DNA from: Octopus vulgaris
Lineage: Eukaryota
Direction: 5' to 3'
Assembly: GCA_951406725.2 (NCBI GenBank)
Contig: OX597821.1
Coordinates: 85,436,001-85,500,000 of the forward strand
DNA: 64,000 bases
How positions within the stretch are numbered: the first letter of the stretch is position 1; each line of letters starts with the position of its first letter. A model generated the notes under the pieces. It was not told the origin of the DNA. It worked only from the letters and a program-made list of their open reading frames with translations, and ran no database searches. Below are positions 36,782 through 50,002 of the stretch, piece after piece. The translations under genes and the position numbers were made by a program.

Positions 36782-36880
36782 ACTGTATTACATGCTTTTA
36801 ATGCACTAAAAACTTTTTTTTTTCCTCTGAATATGTGTTCCTGAAATTGGGGTGTGTCTTTTATGTCTTCAAATATGGTA
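36782..36880. mobile_element. Short degenerate Tc2/pogo-like MITE
   Basis: Ends ctgtatt.. and ..aaatatggta resemble CpG-decayed CCGTA/TACGG termini. Confidence 0.4.
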
Positions 36881-36905
36881 TCTATCAGTTTATCTTTATA
36901 AATAC

Positions 36906-36986
36906 CTCATATCTCTGCTGGGAAGCTGCTTCTATAGTAGGAGAGTCTTTGCCTTTTCGACCCAATGGATTTTGGCATAGAAGATT
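36906..36986 (-). CDS. RNF220: RNF220 exon (NLLCQNPLGRKGKDSPTIEAASQQRYE)
   Basis: ctttttcag acceptor after a long pyrimidine tract; gtattt donor; 81 nt; phase 0 to 0; ends RYE, like the recalled vertebrate DRYQ exon end. Confidence 0.85.
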
Positions 36987-39900
36987 CTGAAAAAGTGAAA
37001 GAAAATAGTGTTTATGATAAAAAGAAAAAGAGAAACAAAGGGGTGATGAACAAAAATTGATCACAAATATATTCAAACATTAACATCTTTATAGTTGTTA
37101 TTTCTAGAGCAGAATGGATTCATTGAACCTCATCTTATGCATTTCTATTTAGAACAAGTTTTTCAATTGCTCTATCTGAAGCATAATATTGACAGAAACA
37201 TACAAGGAAAGTGGTTAATAGTGTGATAAATTTATACTGCTATATTAAAATATATTTATAATGTTATAGAGGAGTAGCAACACTTCCACTGGATGACTAG
37301 ATAAATATGTATTTCAACTAAAAGCCCTGAGAAGCAGTTAATATGCTATATAAGGTAGCAACTACTTAAAGCTAAATGATGTATTAAACTGACAAAATAA
37401 AGATGGACATTAAATACCATATTATTACGGGAAGCATTAACTAACATCCCATTACTGACAACTGCTGAAACAATATCACATCTATCTAGAATGATTAACT
37501 AGTAACAAGTGCTTTAGGGAGATGATCACAGCAGTGAAGACTTATATGGACAGCTATTAAACATCTAACACACGGTCAGACAGACATTAGAGACAGTCCT
37601 TCAATAGTCATTGTAATAAACAATATACACACACGAAACAAAGGCTTACATTAAATATAAATACATCATAATAGTCATTAAATGTACATACATTATAAAG
37701 AAAGCCATTAAATATACATAATAGAGGCAAAGATCTAATACACATTACATACAGCCATTTGAAAAAAAAAAAAACACAAATATATTCAAACTGATATATA
37801 CATACATGTATATAAATACTTATGTCTATAAAAAGTATAATGATTGAGTATTTTTAGTGTGAAACTATACTGACATTAGTCAAAGCAGATCTCACAGCTA
37901 AATAAAGCTAGTTAAAAATAATGGCCATCCTTATTCCATGATTTGGTGGTAATGTTAGTAAGGATACTCAGGATACCAACTTCATGCAAGGAAAACAAAA
38001 TTTTGATTTCTAAAATCACATAATAAAAAAAAAGGCATATACATAGGTGCAGGCATTGTAGTGTAGGAAGAAGTTTGTTTCTAGATGACATGGTTTTGAG
38101 TTCAGTTCCACCATGTGGCTCCTTGGACAAATGTATTCTACACAGGGTTTTCAGGGAAGTTATGACTTGTCATAACAACTTGCCTGCAGCCAAAACTTTA
38201 CCTGTAGCCAAAACGCAGTGTAGTAAGAGACTGACTATACCAAAATAAATCTGAAGAAAATGTTTAAACTATTACACACACACACACGCATACTGAAAGT
38301 AATGTAAAACAGAAACAAGACACTCAGAATGATGATGAAAGTTTCAGTTTTAAGTAAATGATTAAATTCTATGCATTAAGTAGTTTCACCTCCTTCTTGT
38401 AAATTAAAACGTGTGTGTATATGTGTATACATTCATAAGTACAGGCATGGCTGGTGCGTAAGAAGTTTGCTCCTCTATCATATGCATTTAGATTCAGTCC
38501 CACTGCACAGTATTTTGGGCAAGGACCTTTCACTGGAGGCCTGGGCTAACCAAGGCCTTGCGAATGGACTTGACAGACTGAAACTGAAAGAAGACTATTG
38601 TATATGTGTGTGTGAACAAGTACTCTTATATTCGCTTTTGTTAGGCTCTGGCTGGGCATGTCTCTTCTGTCTTGACTACAATAGCCTGTAGCCACAGAGC
38701 CACCTTACAGCACATCCTCTCTATCCAGGTCCACCTATTCGATTTCTCTATATTCCATCTCACCTTATTATGACTTATTTCCCAAACCTTGCACTAAACT
38801 CCTTATCCCCAGTATTTCATTTACAGAAATCTAATCTAAAATTAACTCTCTGTCTTTATTTTCCCTATAAACATGAACTTAAAGAGATTTGGGCTAAACA
38901 TCAACTCTAATCTCATCTGTCTGGAAGGGTCTATAAATGATATGGGTACAACTTCTTTCTTCTCCTGGTTAACTTAAAAAAAGAAAAAAGAAAAAAGAAA
39001 AAAGAAAAAAAGAAAATGACCACAACAAAACATTTGAAATCAAAATACTATTCACATGTGACATCACAAATATTGTTCCAGTATACCACAGGTCAATAGT
39101 ATAGACATGTCTCTGAAGGTATAAGGGCTTGACTATAGTTAAGGCACAGACATTGCTATGTAGTTAAGAAGTTAGCCTCACTATTACTTGGCTTCAAGTT
39201 CAGTCTCATTGCAGGTGCTTTAGATAAGTGTTTACGACCACAGCCTTGTGAGGGAAGCTGTGTAGAAGACAGTTGGTGGGACAGTTCTTTCAGATTTTGG
39301 ATGGTAGACCAAATCTGTCTCCCAGTTTAACACAGCCACCTGCTCTTTAGATGTTAAGTCAAGTCTTCAGTGTTGCAAGAATATGAGCCCAATTTCCAGT
39401 TTGAAGGTAACCCCCCCCCCCCGCTACCAATCTCAGTTCCTTTGAAAAATGTAACGGTGCTGCCCTTTCTCTTCAGACCAAGCCATTATGAAAAATAGGA
39501 ACAAAAAAATATTTAGCAATGCACTGAAAAGTAGTGGTTTCCGTACACCAGTGTGCAGGAGCTCCTCCTCCTCCTTTGACTAAGATATTAAAAAAACAGT
39601 AAAAGTAATGTTTGAAGAAGTTGTTCTCACATAGAACTTGCTGAGTTACTTGTTTTTAATGATCTTAACAGCTTTTATATCTTCAAAGAATCATTTCAAT
39701 GACAGACGGTCAGCTGCCGCTAAATAGTTTTCTAATCAATTTATCATTACATGATATAACTTGATGTTAAGTGGAACACAAGTGAATTGAGACACTAGAA
39801 TGGACAGTGACGGTATCAGGTGATGTACAAAGAGAGAAAGAGAGAGAGAGAGACAAGACTGTGCTAGTCATGTGATGAGACTGATAGATTATTGTTGGAT

Positions 39901-40740
39901 AAAAAAAAGTAGCATTTGCTGTCAGAAGAAATTAACAGAGCAGGTAGCAGTTGAGGGGTCTCGTCTTACGAGGTTCTTGGTGATTGCACAGGTGCTGGTG
40001 CCACAAAAAAAGCATCCAGTAAACCATAAAAGGTTGAGACAAGTGACAATATGCTTTCTGGCAAACCTTTCCAACCCATGCCAACATGGAGGAGAAGAAG
40101 AAGAAAAAAAAAAGGATGCTAAACCAGTTATTAATTACCAGGACACACAGCAATACATTTTCATTGAAGAGTTTCATATTTATTCAGATATTTCAAGCTC
40201 ATCTATCACTCACCTTGCTCTTTAGATGATAGCTAGTAAAAGCCTCCTTAAATTAACAGCATCAAATAACAGTGCATTTATCTGAGCCAAAAATTCCTCC
40301 CATGACATCTTCTGACTCTTACTTTCTCTCACCTCTCCTTTACACACATGAAGTAGATAAAAGATGGTGAGAAAATAGCTTTGTGTTTAAACAGAAACTA
40401 GTGACATACAGACACATTATACTCTCATCAAATGAACAATTTAAGTTTGCTTTAAGTGATCTTAGCCATCTATTGACATTAGTAAAAGAAGCATAAATCA
40501 ATTGTTTCATTCTGAATATGTTTATCATCAGCATTTGTTTTCTTTCATTTCACTTGTGATTAAAAACATTTAAAACGTGTTACTTGGTCTGTTACTGGAG
40601 GCTAAGTTGTTCCTTCAAGGACTGAAAATACTTCAACTCTGAACGTTGCAGACTCTACTTGAAGAACAACTGTGGTCGATGTTAATATATTGCTCACAGT
40701 GGAGCTGATACACAAATATTCTAAAAACAGTGGGTTCCTT

Positions 40741-40886
40741 CATCATCATCATCGTTTAACGCTAGCATGAGTTGGACGGTTCGACCGGGGTCTGGGAAGC
40801 CAGGGGCTGCACCAGGCTCCAGTCTGATCTGGCAGAGTTTCTACAGCTGGATGCCCTTCCTAACGCCAACCACTCCGCAAGTGTAG
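40741..40886 (-). mobile_element. (GAT)n-tailed SINE-like fragment
   Basis: Family match. Confidence 0.8.
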
Positions 40887-41043
40887 AAAAAAAAATTAAA
40901 ACCTGCATCTTGATTGATGGGGCAAAGATCTAACCACTAGCACACTAATACTATGTCCTTGTGCAGGTATTAAAGAGGTGACTGCTTAGTGAATTAGTAA
41001 GTGAGCCTCTTCTACCACTTCCATCCAATACTATACTTATACC

Positions 41044-41280
41044 TCATTCCTTAGGCGCCATACTAAATACTCTGTCCAGTGCTTCATGCTTAGAGCTTAA
41101 GAGTTTGTTCTGGTATCCCATCACTATCAAGTTTATTTTCATTCCAGCTACTTCCACCTTTATATAATGCAGAGTAGCCAAGTATTTTCTCAACAGCAAG
41201 ACACCCGTGCTTGTCCTTCTGTCATACTTTAACTTCTCAACGCCTGACATAAAATCACTTTCTGCACCATCACTGAGTGT
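41044..41280 (-). mobile_element. Decayed fragment of an RTE-type LINE AP-endonuclease region
   Basis: TGVLLLRKY..IKVEVAGMKINLIV..LDRVFSMAPKE resembles the strand/helix pattern of RTE endonucleases; no splice context. Confidence 0.5.
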
Positions 41281-44200
41281 AGGGGTACATTTTCCTGTTC
41301 TTTTCCCATCTTGCAAACTGCTTGGTAACCCTCACTAGTGCCAATGGCATGAAAAAGCACCCAGTACACACTGTAGGAAGGGCGTCCAACCAAAGAAATC
41401 ATGCCAAAGCTGGCATTGGAGCGCGAGACAGTCCTGCAGCTCACCAGATCCCAACGAAATATCCAACCCATGCCAGCATGGAAAACAGATACTAAATGAT
41501 GATGATGATGGTGGTAACTCACTAGGAGTGGGGAATTTTCTTGCCCTATTTACAAACCCTTACAGAAATTCAGTCTGAAAATTAAAATACATTGATAACA
41601 TCAGAATCTAGTATACAAGTAAGAGGAACTAGTTCTCTCCACTGGACTAAACGGCAACAATTTCTGGCTATTAAATAGTGACTTATCTGACTTCAATTGA
41701 AGTCAATCATTTCTTACTGTTTTTCTGGTCTTCTATTTGTTGTAGCAATATTATGGTACTACCACGAAAATATTCTAAGCATTAAAGAGTTATCAAAATG
41801 GACAAATTCCCCCAGGAGAGTTTCAGAAGTCTCTAATAAGAAGTCTTTCCACTAATAGCAATTCTTTGAAGCAGATGATAAAAATTTAGACATCTGTTTT
41901 GTATTCCCAAATAGCAATAACACTAGATTGTAAACTAAGACTACTATCTATTCTGAGACTTAATAATTTATATGCTTTAACAAGAGATATAATACATTTT
42001 GAACAGAGTTTGAACTTATTCTCTCATTACCCCTTTTGTTAACAAATTTCAGTGGAAATGCACTGACTTTGGCTCAATTAATTTCTACAGTAATTAAGTA
42101 TTTGGTAAAAATAGCTTTGTCATTAGTATTAATTAGTATAAATTAACATGAAATTTCAATGGAATTTTAAAATTTTGGTTACTTTAAAATAGGAAGTTTG
42201 GTCAAAAGGGTTAATGAATTGATATGAGCAGATAAGGCTGTACTTGTGACCTTTTGTAGTTGTTCTCCAAGACAAGTGGGTGAGACAGAGAAACTATGTC
42301 TTATGGATCACTGTAATAGGAAGCAGTGCATCAAGATATCCTTAGACTAGAGATCTAAAAAACCCCATTGCTTCAGGCATATTTCATCAACTAGCGGCTG
42401 TACATCATCTATTCATATCTAATAAATCCATGTGATAATCAATGATATTACCATATGACATCAATAAAATATTTTACTTCACCTCAATAGCAGTTATCAA
42501 TAACAGCAGTGGAATGACAAAAACAGCAGAGTGCTGTATTCCAGTATCTAGTTACATATTTTTTTTTTTGTTCTCAATTCAGCTTCAACTAGGGACAGGG
42601 TTTTTGCTTTCATATTCTAGCAGAATTGACAAAATAATTACCAGCCATGTACCCTTCAACATCTCTCTACAACAAATTTGAAGGCCCTGTGAGGGTGGTG
42701 GTGGATGGCAGAATCAAGAGAGTCCAGCAAAATGCAAGCCATATCCCTTTATAATGGAGGTCAACTTTGCCTTCATTATCCAAGGTTGGCAAAATACATA
42801 GGAGTCTTGTACTGGAGTTGATTTTATTGATTATTGCCTTGTGTCACTGTAACATATCAATAATAGCTATAAATGTTCAAACCGAATAGAAAACAGCTCT
42901 CCAATCCTCCTGCTCCCAATATCAAATCACACATTTTGGTGGTCCCACTAATGTACATTCACACTGTTTTAAACTAACTGTTCCATATATTAAAAACAAA
43001 TATATTCATTACATTACAGAGACTTATGCTTGGTGAAGAGTAACACTGAACATTACTACTTTTAATAATAATTTTTATGATGACGAGGAGGAAAGTGTAG
43101 TTGCTATTAACAACCCTATCATCATTTTTATACTGGTATGTATAGTAGTGCCGCAGGGGAAATGAAAAGTCATAACTGACCCTGTCAAAAACTGAATGCA
43201 AAGGAAAATATTCAATCAGCCAAATATTGTTTTGATCAACTTGATATCTTCATTACATAAAATAATAATCAAAACGATAATAAAGTAAGAAAAGGAAAAA
43301 GTAAAAGAGAAACCCCCCCCCACCCAAAAAATAAAAAAGAAGAAATAAAAATAGAGAGCCAGAAGAAGAAGAGAACAAAAAAGCTAAACCATCCACCACC
43401 ACCACCACCACCATCATATACACAAATGTTGGCTAGAACTTAAGAAATATCACATTCACAGAAGACTATTCAACGATTTTCAATATCCTGAAAATATTAA
43501 GAAGTGACAAAATGAACATACAAAACAGTATGGTTTGAACTGCTGCTACTCAAATAACTGATAACACAAAAACACTACTACTACTACTACTACTAATAAT
43601 AATAATAAGAAGAAGAACGATGATGACGATGATGAAAAAAAGAAAATTAGACATATGCTAAAGAAACAGCAATTAAGTAGATAGATGACATTAAAATTTC
43701 ACACATAGGTAGGTAATTAATTTTGGCAAATTCACTTGAGTAATAACTGGAAGGAGGTAAAAATATTATGAGAATATATAAAAGCTGCTGACTTAATCTG
43801 TCTCTAAATCTTATTGAAAATAACTGAAACATCTACTTGGCACTTTAATAATCATGTTAAAGTATATGAAGAACTAAATAACACACACACACAAACACAT
43901 TGAAGCCAATGCTTGGTAAACATGAATAAACAAAGAGTACATCTTAGTGAGTTTCTGAGCCACAGAAGATAATATGTGGAAACCATATGGAAGCTGTCAT
44001 ATGTCAGGGCAAAGGCTTACATTTTACATGTGACATGAAAGCACTGAGCTAAAAATGGTGTAGTTTTTGACATTCCCTGACAACAAAATTATCCACAAGC
44101 TCTGTGCTTTTGAAGACAAATGGAATAAAAAAAACCCCAAAACAAGTAAAGGTTAGAGACAGGAAAGGAATACGGCTGAAAATAATGCCTCAATATGTAT

Positions 44201-45351
44201 TTGTCCAACCCATGCTTGCAAGGAAAAACATACCAGACAAACAAATCCTGAGTACAGCATGAAACCATCATGCAAACATGGAAAGTAGATATATGATGAT
44301 GATGATGATACACACACATACATGCACACCAGAAAGTGACCAACCTTATAAGAAGCAAAGCAAGAATCTAGCTTATAGATAGAGAATGTCAAACTAGGCA
44401 CCAAGTATCCCAAAGTAAAAATAAATCTGCTGCTCAGGGACAAAAAAAAAAAATCATTACCTAATTCAAGTCACTGTAAGAAATGTGGGAGGCACAGATT
44501 GAAAGGAACTTCCTAGTGCAAATCAGGTATCATTTCTCAACTGAGCATAAGTACCACATATTGCTTGATAAAAATCCTGTTAATTTTAACCTCAGTAGCA
44601 TGTCAAATGTAGGAGAGATACATAATATATAAACTTTGCGTGTGTGTGTTTTAAATATTTTTTCTAAAGCCAAAACAATGTATGTTAAAAAAATTTGTTT
44701 TACATGGCACTAGCACCAAAACTAATCTCACCAGTGCTGGTGCTATGTAAAAAAAAAAAAAGTACAGTCCACTCTGAAGGTGATGGGGTTAGGAAGGGCA
44801 TCCAGCCACAAAAACCACGCCAAGACAGACAGTGAAGCCTGATGCAGCCTTCTGGCTAGCCAGCTCGGGTTGAGCCATCCAACCCATGCGAGCATAGAAA
44901 AACAGACATAAAAGACGATAATGATAACAAAAAGGAACTATAATATACCATTGTTTTTTTAATGCCCACTTTTACAAGCTTGCAAGGGTTGGTTGGAATT
45001 TATTGAGGTAAAGTTTCTATGGCTGCATGCCTTTCCTGCCACCAATCCTCATCTATTTCCAAAATACTGGAAATGAATAACACTGTATGACGGGGACACT
45101 CGTTTACAACTGTCACACGATGTCAAGACTGAGAGAGACAAGCAAACACAAACTCATTCACACGCATACATATACCTTCATACACACACACAACAGAACA
45201 GAAAAATTAGTTAGCAATACCTTTTCTCTGTAGATTTCTTGAAGGGGTCCTAATACTGAAATACAAGGTACTACCATTGACCTGTATTATTATTAATTTT
45301 TTATAACTTGCACGGTTTTGGCTTTAAAAAAAAATATATTTAACACACACA

Positions 45352-45567
45352 TACTCTCTTTTACTTGTTTCAGTCATTTGACTGTGGTCATGCTGGAGCA
45401 CTGCCTTTAGTCGAGCAAATCGACCCCGGGACTTATTCCTTGTAAGCCCAGTACTTATTCTATCGGTCTCTTTTTGCCGAACCGCTAAGTGACGGGGACG
45501 TAAACACACCAGCATCGGTTGTCAAGCAATGCTAGGGGGACAAACACAGACACACAAACATACACGC

Positions 45568-45616
<49 letters not shown>

Positions 45617-45780
45617 TACGACGGGCTTCTTTCAGTTTCCGTCTATCAAATCCACTCACAAGGCATTGGTTGGCCCGGGGCTATAGCAGAAGACACTTGC
45701 CCAAGATGCCACACAGTGGGACTGAACCCGGAACCATGTGGTTGGTTAGCAAGCTACTTACCACACAGCCACTCCTACAC
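45352..45780 (-). mobile_element. CORE-like tRNA SINE, young near-full-length copy
   Basis: Very similar to 11511-11911, with CpGs retained. Confidence 0.88.
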
Positions 45781-46026
45781 CATGTATATGAAGAATGAAC
45801 TTTTTTCAGTTTCTGTCAACTAAATCTGCTGGAAAGGCATTGATTGTTCTGGGGCTATGGTAGAAGATGGTTGCCAAACTCAGAATGATGTTGTACATAC
45901 ACATGTATATAAAAACCTAACCAAAGGATGAGGAGTAATCCAAACATGCATATAACCAAATGCAATACCAACAACTAAAGCAACAGTCGATTCAATGGGG
46001 AATATGTGAGCAGTATTGTGTAATCT

Positions 46027-46412
46027 GTGGAGGTGCAATGGCCCAGTGGTTAGGGCAGTGGACTCGCGGTCGTAGGATCGCGGTTTCGATTCCCAGACCG
46101 GGCGTTGTGAGTATTTATTGAGCGAAAACACCTAAAGCTCCACGAGGCTCTGGCAGGGATGGTGGTGATCCCTGCTGTACTCTGTCACCACAACTTTCTC
46201 TCACTCTTACTTCCTGTTTCTGTTGTACCTGTATTTCAAAGGGCCGGCCTTGTCACTCTCTGTGTCATGCTGAATATCCCCGAGAACTACGTTAAGGGTA
46301 CACGTGTCTGTGGAGTGCTCAGCCACTTACACGTTAATTTCACGAGCAGGCTGTTCCGTTGATCGGATCAACCAGAACCCTTGTCGTCGGAACCGACGGA
46401 GTGCTTCCATCC
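46027..46412 (+). mobile_element. tRNA(Arg)-like SINE, full length, with a perfect 12-bp TSD
   Basis: TSD ATTGTGTAATCT at 46015-46026 and 46413-46424; A-box tggcccagtgg and B-box-like gtttcgattccc. Confidence 0.9.
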
Positions 46413-47105
46413 ATTGTGTAATCTACTGCAGGAGAGGCAATGACTGAGACATGAAGTGAAGATAGATTCAATTAATGGAAAATTAACTGGAAAAGTTGTT
46501 TTTTCCATAAGTGGTTTCTCTAACCAAATCAAAGGTTATGTAGGAGTTTTATCAAATAATGATGTATGGGTCGAAATTTATAGGCCTTGGTTTGACAGTG
46601 AGCCACAGGGATGCGTTGTGTTCCATGTCAGCTTTGGCATGGTTCCTATGGTTGGATGCCCTACCTAGTGCCAACCACTTTACAAAGTGTAGTGGGTGCT
46701 TTTCTTGTGCACAGGCACTAGTGGGGTTGTCAAGTAACTTACAAGACAGGAAATAAAAGGAGGACAAGAGAAAAGCCCTCATGACTAAGTGGAGGGAAGT
46801 ATTTGAAAAAGTGGAGTAATTATATGCCCTACCCCCACTATATATGTACATGTGTGTATATATATGTATTAAAGAATTAGACTCATTAGTCACCAGCAGA
46901 GTCACAAGTGTAAAATATGAATTTGTCTGAGTGTACAATGTTCTTAATAATGGTCAGCAGTCTTCCTTGGACAACCATCATATATTTGTGTGTGTGTAAA
47001 ATACATATTCAGCATTAAAAAAAAAAAAATCTAAAATTAAAAAAAAAAAATTAATCTATAAAAATGGCAAAGAAAGAAAGTTTTGAAGAAAAAAAACCCA
47101 CTTAC

Positions 47106-47148
47106 TTTTCGATTTTGTAATGTGGATTCTCGAGACCTGCGATTGACC
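47106..47148 (-). CDS. RNF220: Most 5' RNF220 exon found (VNRRSRESTLQNRK)
   Basis: ttttttgttctgcttcatttaccag acceptor and gtaagt donor; 43 nt; phase 2 to 0; CpGs retained. Little sequence similarity is visible, so the call rests on splice sites and phase. Confidence 0.72.
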
Positions 47149-47414
47149 CTGGTAAATGAAGCAGAACAAAAAATGTAATTTTATTTCATGACTAAAGATT
47201 AAAGAAAAAACGAAAAAGAAAGAAACACAATATAAGCATGTGTGAATGTTTTTGAATGTGAGGGCCAATGACTAACACTTTAGTATATAAGCAAATTTTT
47301 GACATGGGATAAAAGGTTATATGAGTTTTTTTTTAGTTTTCAAAAATGATTTGCGATAGTTATTGCATGGTCCAATTCTGATTGCACATGTGTGTGTGTG
47401 TATGTATGTATATA

Positions 47415-47741
47415 TTCTTTCATGTATTTCACTCGGTTGACTGCGGCCATGCTGGAGCACCACTCTGAAGTTTTAGTTGAACAAATTTCCCCCAGGACTT
47501 ATTTCTTAAGCCTAGCACTTATTCAATTAGTCTCTTTTGCTGAACTGCTGGATTATGGGGATGTAAATCATCATCATCATCATATATATATACACACAAA
47601 CACACACATGATGGGTTTCTTTCAGTTTCTGTCTACCAGATTCATTCACAAGGCCATAGTAGAAGTCATTTGCCCAAGGTGCCACGCAGTGGGACTGAAC
47701 CCAGAACCATGCAGTTGGGAAACAAGTTTCTTACCACACAG
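47415..47741 (-). mobile_element. CORE-like tRNA SINE, degenerate
   Basis: Family match. Confidence 0.75.
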
Positions 47742-48270
47742 CATTCTGTGCATCATATTCATCTCAAGAAAGCATTACATGTAGATGTATACATTCACAC
47801 AAAATACTTTCTTGAGATATATCTTGCAGCTTCCAACATTTTACAGTATATCTGCATTAAATATGATATACAGATGTATGTGTGTGTGTATGAAAGAGAG
47901 AGCTCATTTTGATAGGACTGTATGCTTGTATATAAGCTCCTGTTAAATGTAGTCCATTGAACTTTGTGTTAACATAAAGCATATAACATTCAAAAGTCAC
48001 AAGAAAAAAATTATACTGTGAAGAAGAAACAATAGTCAAAATAGTTTTCCATGCACTTGCATGAATCAGATGGAATTTACTCTAGCAGATTTTTCTATTG
48101 CTGGATGCATTTCCTGTCGCCAACTCTCACTTTATATCCAAGTAAGGAAATATTTCCCCTTGACCAAATATTTCACATGGAAGACTGGAGATGAAGGATA
48201 CTGTCACACAAATTCAAGGAAAGGAGAGAGCAATACACACACACATTTATGTATATATATATATATATAT

Positions 48271-48675
48271 ACTCTTTTTTACTCTTTTATTTGTTTCAGT
48301 CATTTGACTGCGGCCATGCTGAAGCACCGCCTTTTAATCAAGCAACTCGACCCCGGGACTTATTCTTTGTAAGCCCAGTACCTATTCCATCGGTCTCCTT
48401 TGCCGAACCGCTAAGTAACAGACACACAAACACACCAACATCGGTTGTCAAGCAATGCTAGGGGGACAAACACAGACACATACACACTCATATATATGTA
48501 TATATATATATATACACACATATATACGACAGGCTTCTTTCAGTTTCCGTCTACCAAATCCACCCACAAGGCATTGGTCGGCCCGGGGCTATAGCAGAAG
48601 ACACTTGCCCAAGATGTCACGCAGTAGGACTGAACCCGGAACCATGTGGTTGGTTAGCAAGCCACTTACCACACA
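48271..48675 (-). mobile_element. CORE-like tRNA SINE, followed by a second head fragment at about 48713-48821
   Basis: Family match. Confidence 0.85.
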
Positions 48676-50002
48676 GATATATATATAGGGCAGGCATCAT
48701 TTAGTTTGCATCAACCTTTGGCTATTGTAGAAGACACTTTCCCAAGATGCCATGTGGTGGAACTGAACCTGGAACCATGTGGCTGGGAAGCAAACTTTTC
48801 ACCACACAGCCATGGTTGTGCCTGGTCATTAGATAATAATATTTTGATGTTTTCCACAAAGCAAAGACAGCATTGTATTTGCTGAAACAGCACTGACAAA
48901 AAATAAATTAATTAATTAATAAATAAAAAAAAACACTAAGTAAATGTAGAAGAATGAATGGTGATAGAAAAATAGAAATGTTCAGAGAATAAATTGCACT
49001 TAAGACGTCTTGCCATATTGATTAGTAAATTTTTTTTTTTATTTCTATACTTTAATATAAACAACAAATACATAGTTCCAAAAATATGACAACCAAATGG
49101 TAGCATATTATGTTCTATAAATTAAATACCAAATTAAACTTTAATAAAATAAACCAAACTATAAACAGTTTTGAGTTATTGAGAATTCAAGCAGCAGCCA
49201 TGATGTTGTTAATAGGAAAGATTGAAGATACTAGTGAAAAAAAAAAGTTATATAAATATTTAACCTCATATAAAAATATGAGCCTCCAACTTTGATCTTT
49301 GATTCTAGTATAACATTATTTGCATCATATATACATAAATATGGTAAATATCACTAAAAATATAACCACTTTCTTTACACTTCCATTTTAATATTATCAT
49401 TATTATTATTTTTATAAAACAAGTATTCAAGAAGGTATTTTTTGTTTTACTCAACAGAGCTCTGTCATCAAATTTTGTTCAAGGCACAGCTGCTTCACTG
49501 GTTATATAGCTTCAAGTCAGCCTCTGAGTGAGCAAACTTGTGATCAAAAGTGTTCCAAACATGACCATCTTGTCTTTTTGTATAAGTAGGGTTATATTCT
49601 CTATCTTGTGAATGAATTTGGACGATGGCAACTATGTAGAAGCCCACTGTAAGAGTGTATATATAAGTAGGTGTGTGCTGAGACTCTGTTTGTTCCCCAA
49701 CACCACTTGACAACCTGTGTTGGTTTGTTTACATTCTTGTAACTTAGCAGTTCAGTAAAAGTGACAGATACAATAAGGATCAGACTAAAAACAAAAAAAA
49801 AAAAAAAACAGGTGGGTGGGTTGGGATTGATTTGCTTGACAAAAAACCTGTCAATGTGGTTGCCCCAAAATGACTGCAGTCCAATGACTGACACAAGTAA
49901 AAGGTAAAAAAAAGGTATATGAGAGAGATTTGACTGCTATATCTGACAGATCAGGTTGTTGTTAGCAATGTACACAAGTCTTATGTAATAAAAAAATTTA
50001 TT

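Larger units (their letters stand above)
1257..47148 (-). other. RNF220: RNF220-like E3 ubiquitin ligase gene, span of the 12 coding exons found in the window (5' exons not found here)
   Basis: Twelve AG/GT-bounded exons of 43, 81, 43, 116, 130, 97, 87, 50, 79, 115, 75 and 72 nt join with matching phases into one ORF. Motifs EEYTWAGQTRIRATTML, DGDDSEQYGKPQYSE and KCLICM..PLTSVQCWHVHCEQCWLRTLGAKKLCPQCN..DLRRIFL* match the RNF220 family as recalled. Confidence 0.95.

Noticed and set aside
46027-46105. tRNA-Arg-like sequence as a tRNA gene (also 16595-16672)
   Set aside because: It continues into a SINE body bounded by TSDs, and the acceptor stem and terminator are not intact.
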